Of a DNA stretch of 21,209 nt, positions 8,802 through 16,152 are shown one piece after another (the stretch's first letter is position 1; the number at the start of each line of letters is the position of its first letter). The notes under the pieces were generated by a model, which made no database searches, had not been told where the DNA came from, and was given only the letters and a program-made list of their open reading frames with translations. A program made the translations under genes and the position numbers. Where the stretch lies: assembly GCA_051439505.1 (NCBI GenBank), contig JBFRWI010000186.1, forward strand, positions 1 through 21,209, read 5' to 3'. Source of the DNA: Hormoscilla sp. (GTDB lineage Bacteria; Cyanobacteriota; Cyanobacteriia; Cyanobacteriales; Desertifilaceae).

Positions 8802-9398
8802 CTATTTGCAAGGCCCCCATAGTGTTTGCGTGCAAGAGCCTATGTTTTCTGAAGGCCCTCCGACGTTATTCCGCGTCACTCCGATGAAGGTGTCCACATG
8901 CAGAACCTGTTCCCCTCTGGAGTTCCGGAGCAAACCATTCCCAGTTTGAGCGAGTGCGGGTGCGGTTCTGTCGGTATTAACGTTCACCACCTGCTGAATG
9001 ACATCGGAGGGGTTAGCCCAAGGCTTAAGCGTTAACAACATCTCCTCGCAGGGACCGTCTGCGCTGCGTGATGCGCATATCACCCCATATCCGTTCATCC
9101 GACTGGAAACGATATATGTCAAGATTCCTTGACTTTGAGCAGATTGGAATCTGGCGGAAACCGCCTCACAGCGTCTTTGCGGCGTCCAGCCCGAACCCTC
9201 GAAATAATCAGAAGTCCAGCGAATGAATACCACTTCTCCCCGGTCCGGGTGCTTAACTACCGTAGCTGGCACGCCGTTGTTGCTGCTACAGAAGAATTCA
9301 CCGTCGGCGCGGCGGGTTCCTTCAGCATAGCTAGGCAGATGCATGGCTGCACCCATCACCAGCATAACCGCTCCCGACAGTAGTGACCTGATTTTCAT
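8802..9398 (-). CDS. Secreted COP23-domain protein with C-terminal CX7C tag
   Basis: Signal peptide ending PSYA. FFC...GVPATV...IRW.S.YF..SGWTPQRRC.AVSARF...GYGVIC...GPC..MLLTL. Ends IGSCTQTLWGPCK. Confidence 0.88.
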   Translation of the reverse strand: MKIRSLLSGAVMLVMGAAMHLPSYAEGTRRADGEFFCSSNNGVPATVVKHPDRGEVVFIRWTSDYFEGSGWTPQRRCEAVSARFQSAQSQGILTYIVSSRMNGYGVICASRSADGPCEEMLLTLKPWANPSDVIQQVVNVNTDRTAPALAQTGNGLLRNSRGEQVLHVDTFIGVTRNNVGGPSENIGSCTQTLWGPCK

Positions 9399-9534
9399 GA
9401 TTGGTGCCTGTCTCTATAAATTCTCACAAAACATCTTAACAACTTATTGGCTGGCTTGCCCTCGATTATGCATTTTTCATCCCCAGGCTGCAAGTCTGCC
9501 ATTCTCTTGGTTCTGACTGCCAAGGCTGTAACCA

Positions 9535-9789
9535 TTATTGTCTACAATTTCCATAAATTGCTACATCGCAAGGGGGTAAGTCCCGGTTGTCTGCTGGCGC
9601 TTGCTGGTCTGGAAGAGGTGGATCTGGTGGAAATGGCTGCTGAACCGGTGGTACGCTATCTTTGTCCTGCTGCCTCAAAAGATTAATCCAGTTTGGCAGA
9701 CCCTCAATGATGGCCGCTATAATGACAGCAGCTGCACCCACAATTATTGCGATCACCTGAAGTTTCTCGCTCCGCGTCCATCCGTTCAT
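9535..9789 (-). CDS. 84-aa single-pass membrane micro-protein: TM helix, Pro/Gln linker, CX7C tag
   Basis: TM LQVIAIIVGAAAVIIAAII. C-terminus PADNRDLPPCDVAIYGNCRQ is homologous to the kinase C-terminus. Co-oriented within the cluster, with GAGAG upstream of the ATG. Confidence 0.8.
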   Translation of the reverse strand: MNGWTRSEKLQVIAIIVGAAAVIIAAIIEGLPNWINLLRQQDKDSVPPVQQPFPPDPPLPDQQAPADNRDLPPCDVAIYGNCRQ

Positions 9790-9867
9790 TATACTCTCAC
9801 CACGCGACCGACATACTACATACTACTACAAATCCGCCTATAGCCACCGGTTGTCAGGGGACTCTGG

Positions 9868-11430
9868 CTATTCTTCGCAATTACCGAAGATGGCTACACT
9901 ACAGGACGGTAAGTCCTGGTTGTCTGGTGGCCCTTGCGATCGCCTCTTCTCGATCTCCCCATCAATGCTATCTAGTTCCCGATTGTATTGCGCAACTTTA
10001 GCAGATGTTCCCCTATTATATGCTAGGCTATCTGTAGGAATCTGTGTTAGTTTCTCGATCGCCTGAATCAACTTAGCTCTAGCACCCTCAAGTTGGGATA
10101 TATTTTTAGCAGCAGCATAGTCTGACTTTGCCTCGTGTGCGATCGCCTCAGCCTCATTCAAGAGTTGCTGTGCATTTTCCTCAGACGTCAGACGCCCATT
10201 CATTCTTCTGAGCTGACCTTCGTATGCTGTTAATAAACTCTCCGCTTCTGAGTATACTGGGGAACTTCCTGGAATCTTTTGCAACTGAGCGATCGCCTCT
10301 TGCATGCGCTTGCGTTCCCGATACAATTCTGCTAATGTTTGGGCATTATCAAATCTAGTCCGAGCAGACTCAGCTTGGTCTTTGGCCTCATCGATCGCCT
10401 GGCGATCTTTCTCATTCCCTTCAACCTTTCCTGATGGTGGATTATCGCCCAACCCTTCTATAATTGTGGGGACAAATGTGGGGACAAATGCTATGGCCGA
10501 GACTGCGACAATGCCCAGGACGATCGCCCCAGCAATTGTATAAATCCCTACTTTAGAAGTTGTCTGCCCTGGGGAGGAAACAACGGTAGTTCCAGGTTGA
10601 TTTTGCAAAGGTATGATAGCTTGCAGGGCCTCTGTTGCCGACTGATAGCGTTGACGGCGATCGCGACTCACCATGCCATCCAATACCTCTGCCAGATCGT
10701 CGGAGACCTGCGCTTTCTGCCGCCACATAATTTCATCCGTCTTCGGGTCTGGAAGCAGCCGATCGGGAGCCAGACCGGTCAAAGCTTGGATCCCGATCGC
10801 CCCCACAGCATATACATCGCTGCTCAAATGGGGGAAACCTTCAATTTGTTCAGTGGGCATATAGCCCGGAGTACCGATCATAACAGTGCGAGACCCCGGA
10901 CTATTAATCCCTCCAGCCGTAACTTGCTTGACCGCCCCAAAATCTATCAACACCAACTTCCGATCTTTATGGCGGCGAATGATATTTTGCGGCTTAATGT
11001 CCCGATGCACTACATTGCGACTATGGACAAATTCTAGCACCTCTAATATTTCCGATACAAGGGCGATCGCTTCTTCGGATGGCAGCCTGCGATCGGGCAA
11101 TAATTCATCACTCAAAGGATGTCCGTCAATAAATTCTTGCACGATATAGAACTCGCCCTCTTCCTCAAAATAGGCCAGTAGCCGAGGAATTTGCCGATGT
11201 TCTCCCAAAGTTTCTAAAGTTTCCGCCTCCGTTGTAAACAAGCGTCGGGCCGTCTGCCTAATTTGAGGATCCGGGTTAGCAAGGTGTAGTTGCTTGACCA
11301 CGCATTTGGGCTGACCGGGGCGCTTAGTATCTTCCGCTAGATAGGTTTGGCCAAAGCTACCTGCACCCAGGGGGGCCGTGACTTGGTAACGTCCATCTAA
11401 AATTTGTCCGATTTTTCCGGAACGGTTCAT
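9868..11430 (-). CDS. Hanks-type transmembrane Ser/Thr protein kinase with extracytoplasmic helical repeats and C-terminal CX7C tag
   Basis: LGAGSFG, VVK, HRDIKPQN, DFG, GTPGYMPTE. TM IAGAIVLGIVAVSAIAFV. Repeats AIAQLQKIPGSSPVY / AIEKLTQIPTDSLAY. Ends DLPSCSVAIFGNCEE. Confidence 0.95.
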   Translation of the reverse strand: MNRSGKIGQILDGRYQVTAPLGAGSFGQTYLAEDTKRPGQPKCVVKQLHLANPDPQIRQTARRLFTTEAETLETLGEHRQIPRLLAYFEEEGEFYIVQEFIDGHPLSDELLPDRRLPSEEAIALVSEILEVLEFVHSRNVVHRDIKPQNIIRRHKDRKLVLIDFGAVKQVTAGGINSPGSRTVMIGTPGYMPTEQIEGFPHLSSDVYAVGAIGIQALTGLAPDRLLPDPKTDEIMWRQKAQVSDDLAEVLDGMVSRDRRQRYQSATEALQAIIPLQNQPGTTVVSSPGQTTSKVGIYTIAGAIVLGIVAVSAIAFVPTFVPTIIEGLGDNPPSGKVEGNEKDRQAIDEAKDQAESARTRFDNAQTLAELYRERKRMQEAIAQLQKIPGSSPVYSEAESLLTAYEGQLRRMNGRLTSEENAQQLLNEAEAIAHEAKSDYAAAKNISQLEGARAKLIQAIEKLTQIPTDSLAYNRGTSAKVAQYNRELDSIDGEIEKRRSQGPPDNQDLPSCSVAIFGNCEE

Positions 11431-11451
11431 GACAGGTTCCCTTGACCAACA

Positions 11452-11472
11452 GTAGGGTGGGCATCGCCCACC
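11452..11472 (+). repeat. REP-like palindrome, copy 3
   Basis: GTAGGGTGGGCATCGCCCACC, just upstream of the kinase start. Confidence 0.85.
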
Positions 11473-11618
11473 TCATTATACATCACCTGGCAACTATGGG
11501 GTCAGTTCCCGGGAAAAAATCTTCGGCTGAGAGAAACCGGGTTTGAAGATATTGCAAATTGTTTCCGAATATGGGGCGATCGCACTGGCCACCCCACCTC
11601 AACCCAAGGGGCGATCGG

Positions 11619-12566
11619 CTAATCAGCTTGACCAAACCGCTGCAATAGTTCCTCCCGGGATAATCTCAGCAGTAATGGTACTAACTCTCCCGATTGTAAA
11701 GCCAACAATGGCTCAATAATTCCTGTTAGTTCTTCATCCAACTCTCCAAAGCGCACTCCGAGCAAATCTTCTATCGTAGCGCGACGGCCCTGTTGAATTC
11801 CCTGTTGAATTCCCTGTTGAATTCCTCGCTGCTCTCCTTCACGGATTGCTTGTTCTCGGTCTTGCTGATAAAGTGGTTCTAATCGCATAACTAACTCCAG
11901 GTCCGATGACTCTAAATTCTCTGACTTTTGCCTCAGTTGCAAATTTTGCTGCAAGTTATACAGCAACTCCAAGGCTGTTGACCGCAAGGGGTTGTCCGGA
12001 GATAGACTCTCCAATTCATCAATGGCCTCTTTTTGCACCCCTCCTCGTCCCAGCAGCCTCAACCAGAGGGTTTCTGGCGTGGGGGGTAGCTGATGAATGA
12101 CTACGATCCCAGTTCTCCCATAAACTGGCAGAAAGTGCATTCCCGGCAGCCAGTCGGCATCGGCTGTCGCACCAAAGCCCGACAATATCCTCTCCGATGC
12201 TGTCGGCGTCAGGATCCATAATATTTGTAAGTCATCCTCAGGAAGGTCAGGAAGGTTGTTTTTCTTCCGGGCTGCTTCTCGCTTGGCTTCTGTAATTGCC
12301 AGTAACAATTTTAACCTACAAGAGCGGATTTCGTCAACCGTGACGGGGTTGCGGAATGACTCAAACAGAGAGCGGTTCGCTGCCATCCGCCCTAATAAAC
12401 CTAGGTCGCGATGGAGCGCTGCCAGCTTTTCTGGGTTGGGAATGAACCACCCATCTATCTCTAGCATCTCTGATATGATTTTACGGGCCGCTATGAATTC
12501 CCCGTATGGTCCGAGAAACCTATCTAAATAGTCTTTGGCGAATTTGTCGAACAGTAATCTGGTCAT
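11619..12566 (-). CDS. Rpn/YhgA-like PD-(D/E)XK-fold cyanobacterial protein with (QQGI)n coiled-coil tail
   Basis: N-terminus FDKFAKDYL, then EIDGWF and LFESFRN motifs, ETLWLRLLG, and EGEQRGIQQGIQQGIQQG before an RFG-containing helical tail. Confidence 0.75.
   Translation of the reverse strand: MTRLLFDKFAKDYLDRFLGPYGEFIAARKIISEMLEIDGWFIPNPEKLAALHRDLGLLGRMAANRSLFESFRNPVTVDEIRSCRLKLLLAITEAKREAARKKNNLPDLPEDDLQILWILTPTASERILSGFGATADADWLPGMHFLPVYGRTGIVVIHQLPPTPETLWLRLLGRGGVQKEAIDELESLSPDNPLRSTALELLYNLQQNLQLRQKSENLESSDLELVMRLEPLYQQDREQAIREGEQRGIQQGIQQGIQQGRRATIEDLLGVRFGELDEELTGIIEPLLALQSGELVPLLLRLSREELLQRFGQAD
11789..11825 (-). repeat. 12-bp coding tandem repeat (GIQQ)x3
   Basis: CCTGTTGAATTC repeated three times on +. 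Confidence 0.85.
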
Positions 12567-12753
12567 CTTTGCTTGCTCATCTCTCTAATGTCCCCTCCTT
12601 GGGCTTCGCGCCCCCGTTATCCAAAACCATCTGTTATTATAACCCCGATCGCATTAATTGTCATCCCACCGGATTTCTCCGGAGCGGTTGATGGCCACCG
12701 GAGCTGTTAAGGTTGGGTATATGTATATCCTACCCAACCCAACGGGCGATCGC

Positions 12754-13413
12754 CTAAGACAGCAACTCCAAGGCAGTTGACCGCAAGGGGTTATCGGTGG
12801 AAATATTCTCCACTTCTTTGATGGCCTTTTTTTGGATTGATTCTGGGCCCAGCAGCCTCAACCAAAGGGTTTCTGGCGTTTGGGGTAGCTCATCGATCGC
12901 GACTATAGCAGTGTGGAAAAAACGTGCCATCAAATATATTCCCGGCACCCATTTTTTATGAGGATCGGCACCAAAGCCAGACAAAGTACTGGTCATCGCT
13001 GTATGTTTCAGGATCCATAAGTTTGGTAAGTATGATTCAGGGAACTTTATCTTATGCCGCTTCTCGAACCGATGGATCTCTTCAAAAACCATCAATAATT
13101 TTGACATACTCTCCCGGATTTGACAGTTTTTTTTCAACTGAATTCCCTCCTGGATTTCCTCCTCTGTTTTATACAAACTTTTATCTAATTCGACTTCTGG
13201 CAATGGATCGAACACGCAGCTCTTTGCTGCCATGCGTCCTAATATGCCTAGATCGCGACGGAGTGCTGTTAGATTTTGGGACTTGGGGATAAACCACACA
13301 TTCTTTTTTCCTTCTTCTAAGAAGATTCTCTGGCACACCATCACTTCCCCGTAACCTTCCAGAATCTTGCCTAAATAGGATTTGGCGAATTCGGCATCAA
13401 AATTTTGATTCAT
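12754..13413 (-). CDS. Truncated, divergent paralogue of the 11619-12566 gene (possible pseudogene)
   Basis: Shares FAKxYL, WFIP, RDLGxLGRMAA, LWIL, LSGFGA, TPETLWLRLLG and DNPLRSTALELL, then stops. Lacks ~110 C-terminal residues. Confidence 0.75.
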   Translation of the reverse strand: MNQNFDAEFAKSYLGKILEGYGEVMVCQRIFLEEGKKNVWFIPKSQNLTALRRDLGILGRMAAKSCVFDPLPEVELDKSLYKTEEEIQEGIQLKKNCQIRESMSKLLMVFEEIHRFEKRHKIKFPESYLPNLWILKHTAMTSTLSGFGADPHKKWVPGIYLMARFFHTAIVAIDELPQTPETLWLRLLGPESIQKKAIKEVENISTDNPLRSTALELLS

Positions 13414-13471
13414 TGTTCCTTGGTAATATCAAGTACGTTTTCCTGTTAGGGTCGCGCCACATCAAGCGCCT

Positions 13472-13573
13472 AAAAAATTAAAAATTAAAAATTCAGAATT
13501 CAAAATTGGGAAAATATTTTAGCGCAAGGGTTTCAGCATTTGGATCCATGGAATTTAAATGCGCGACAGCTTA
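13472..13573 (-). repeat. Dispersed ~100-bp element, copy 2 (inverted relative to 1115-1212)
   Basis: Reverse complement reads TAAGCTGTCGCGCATTTAAATTCCATGGATCCAAATGCTGAAAC...TTTTCCCAATTTTGAATTCTGAATTTTTAATTTTTAATT. Confidence 0.8.
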
Positions 13574-13618
13574 TGCTATTATTATACTATCCCATCTCAA
13601 TCTCAGCAACTTATATCA

Positions 13619-13639
13619 GCTGGGCGGTGCCCACCCTAC
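13619..13639 (-). repeat. REP-like palindrome, copy 4
   Basis: gctgggcggtgcccaccctac, with one mismatch in the left arm. Confidence 0.75.
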
Positions 13640-13650
13640 GGTACAAAATT

Positions 13651-14286
13651 ATGTCATACAGCGATTTTACCCTTGACCAGCTCGAAACGGAATTTAATTT
13701 AATTGTTCGGGAACGATCGGTCTTGTTTCCGGAGGTCGAACCGGTTTCTCCTAGTGCTTGGTTACAAGAAACCTTAGCAGAGAATATTCCCTTAGCTTTA
13801 GACATTAACACAGAAAAAGCCCGATCGGAGATGATTGTGACTCCCATTTTAATTGAAATCCGGAAAAACTTCAATCGACAGATCTGTTTGTTTTCTGGTC
13901 GGGAGTTTAACGTGGACAAAGAGAGAGGACTCAATGGCAGATGTGATTATCTTATCGGCCAGTCTCCCAAACAGTTAAATATCGCTGCGCCCGTTGCCGT
14001 ATTCGTGGAAGCCAAAAATGAGAATATCCCATCTGCCATTCCCCAATGTCTGGCAGAAATGATGGCTGCACAACTATTCAATCAAAAGAAAAACAACCCC
14101 ATACCTTGTATTTACGGCGGGGTGACCACTGGCAGTAACTGGAAGTTTATGAAATTAGTTGATAATACAGCAGCTATTGCAGCGGGAGAACATTTTATCG
14201 GCAACATCGAGTCCCTCCTGGGGATTTTAACCCAGATTATTCAGACAACTAGACCTTATCTGGAGGAGAGTCCTACCAAGGACTGA
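13651..14286 (+). CDS. Conserved cyanobacterial hypothetical protein with restriction-endonuclease-like PD-(D/E)XK fold
   Basis: Likely true start MSYSDFTL at 13651, since the upstream extension runs through repeats. Motifs TEKARSE, GRCDY, VEAK, QCLAEMMAA, GGVTTGSNWKF. Overlaps the convergent gene by 14 bp. Confidence 0.75.
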   Translation: MSYSDFTLDQLETEFNLIVRERSVLFPEVEPVSPSAWLQETLAENIPLALDINTEKARSEMIVTPILIEIRKNFNRQICLFSGREFNVDKERGLNGRCDYLIGQSPKQLNIAAPVAVFVEAKNENIPSAIPQCLAEMMAAQLFNQKKNNPIPCIYGGVTTGSNWKFMKLVDNTAAIAAGEHFIGNIESLLGILTQIIQTTRPYLEESPTKD

Positions 14287-15751
14287 TAGGTTGGAAAGAA
14301 AATTGAGAACCAACAGGTCCACCACGACCTCTGGTGACTTTAACTAAGATGGGTTCCCCTACCCGATCGCCTGTAGGCTGAAATTGCAGTTCGCTACCAG
14401 AAGTCTCGCTTCCGGGCAGAAAGGTATACTGAAGATTATCCAAAACAGTTTGCCTGGAGGCATTTTCAGAGAAAGATTGAATCAAAGCCCGAGTAGCATC
14501 ATAGCTAGTAGCCGTGCGCCAGCTAACCTGTCCTCCCCATCTTTGCTCGGCTTTTTTGGCGTAGGTGGTTTGGGCAAACCAGGGAACCGCTAGAATTAAA
14601 CTATCAACGGCGTTGCCACCAGAGGTTAAGGTTTGCGGTCGATAAAGGGCATCGCCTCCCAGCATGGTCATCTGTTGCCTGTTGGCTACCGCGATCGCGA
14701 CAGCAACAGAGATTAAGCTAGTATTGGGAAACAGGACGATCGCATCCGCATCCTTGTCCTGAAGTTTCCTGATTTCTTGTTCGACATCCAGGTCAGCATC
14801 ATTCATATCAATGATCTCGGCATTCCCTCCGAGTGGTTGGAAACGTCCGACAAAGGCTTCCTTTAAGCTGCGACTGTAGCTGCTGTTAGGATTATAGAAA
14901 ACCGCTACTCGCTGCTTACCCAACTTATTTTTGGCATACTCAGCTAGTTTTGTACCGGATACCGCATCAGAAGGTACTGTTCTAAAGAAGACGCGACCCG
15001 ATAAGGTCGTACTGGTGCTAGTGGGCGAGACCATCGCCAAACCTGCTTTTTCATATTCAACTAGCGCTTCTTGACTGGCGCTGCTGGCATTATGTCCCAC
15101 CACTCCCAAAATTGCCGGGTTGTTGGCTAGCTTCCGCGCTACACCACCCGATATAATTCGATCGTTACCATCGTTGGCGATGACTACTTCCAGCAGGCGA
15201 TCGCCCAACCCTCCCCCATCGTTAAACTTAGTTTGGGCATCTGCTACCCCGCGCAACATTTCTTCCGCTGAGGTGGCCGCCGAGTCCACGGGCACGACTG
15301 CGGCCAGGGTGAAAGGTCTCCCTTGCAGACGCGCCTTAGCATTGTTAAGATATATCTGTACTTCGGGATCTTGCCGATCGCCCATTACCGCCTTGGCAAA
15401 GAATTCACTCGCCCGTCTTAAGTTGCCCTCACTGAATGCCTGAGTGCCCCGATCGCCATCCAGATTCGCTTTATAACGCAACAAGCGGCGTTCTCCCGAA
15501 CTGTAACGTTCCGGGGCCGTCGGTCCCCCTTTATTGCCAGGAGTCCCGAGGATCGCAGTGCCCCTTGATGGAGACTTAGGGCGAGTTACTTTCAGACAAG
15601 CATTACCTACTTTCTGCTCCCCAGGCGGACATTTAGACCCTTGCCAATAGGCTAAGCCACCGAGGGTGCCAATTCCCATCACAGTTGCTACAATAGCTGG
15701 GATAGCCCACGGATTTTGTCCTGGTGGGGGTGACGATCGTCGCGTTCCCAT
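14273..15751 (-). CDS. Membrane-anchored LivJ-like (periplasmic binding protein type 1) substrate-binding protein
   Basis: AAGGAGG SD 5 nt before the ATG at 15751. TM WAIPAIVATVMGIGTLGGLAYW, DPEVQIYLNNA, ILGVVGHNAS, MVSPTSTS, FFRTVPSD, LGGDALY, SYDA. Confidence 0.88.
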   Translation of the reverse strand: MGTRRSSPPPGQNPWAIPAIVATVMGIGTLGGLAYWQGSKCPPGEQKVGNACLKVTRPKSPSRGTAILGTPGNKGGPTAPERYSSGERRLLRYKANLDGDRGTQAFSEGNLRRASEFFAKAVMGDRQDPEVQIYLNNAKARLQGRPFTLAAVVPVDSAATSAEEMLRGVADAQTKFNDGGGLGDRLLEVVIANDGNDRIISGGVARKLANNPAILGVVGHNASSASQEALVEYEKAGLAMVSPTSTSTTLSGRVFFRTVPSDAVSGTKLAEYAKNKLGKQRVAVFYNPNSSYSRSLKEAFVGRFQPLGGNAEIIDMNDADLDVEQEIRKLQDKDADAIVLFPNTSLISVAVAIAVANRQQMTMLGGDALYRPQTLTSGGNAVDSLILAVPWFAQTTYAKKAEQRWGGQVSWRTATSYDATRALIQSFSENASRQTVLDNLQYTFLPGSETSGSELQFQPTGDRVGEPILVKVTRGRGGPVGSQFSFQPISPW

Positions 15752-16152
15752 CACAGCCTCCTTTGGTATAGCTTGAGACAATTTCCACAGTTAAGGCTAA
15801 AATTTTCCTTAAGAACTGACAGGTCCAAGCATTTTTGTTGTTACATAAATACTAAGCATCCAATATGCCGCCCAGCCTGTAGCCTATTGCTATCATCAGG
15901 CTCGGCAGCTCGAAAGCCTTGGTTGCTAGTCTAGTTAATCAACCGATAGTAGCACCCATACTATATAGTACATCACTACATTACCAACATTACCAAAAGA
16001 ATCTTCGCCAATTATCCATTGTATCAATGGGGAAAATTTATGCGTTTCCACCGTGAGGGAAAAATCGGCGGGCGATCGGCCACTTGCATTAGGCAGGTAG
16101 ATAAAAAATTTGCTACTCTAGCATTTCAACGTACAATCGATAAACAGACCAT

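Noticed and set aside
6198..9912. CX7C tag as a RiPP core or a PEP-CTERM/sortase signal
   Set aside because: No RiPP-modifying enzyme, exosortase or sortase is in the window, and the motif lacks the TM helix and basic tail of those signals. Action by an enzyme encoded elsewhere is not excluded.
11619..12566. Flagellar assembly protein FliH or active transposase label
   Set aside because: Cyanobacteria lack flagella, and the resemblance is limited to the GxxxG coiled-coil repeat. No IS ends or DDE motif are seen.
13540..13650. N-terminal extension of the 248-aa ORF
   Set aside because: It runs through the dispersed element and a REP. The family-like start is MSYSDFTL at 13651.
858..15443. 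Short opposite-strand or alternative-frame ORFs overlapping the main genes (e.g. 5800-6378, 10597-11037, 12924-13292)
   Set aside because: They overlap well-supported CDSs and show no recognisable motifs.
15782..16152. NtcA box upstream of gltB
   Set aside because: I found no GTA-N8-TAC with correct spacing by eye; near matches have 6, 7 or 14 nt spacers.
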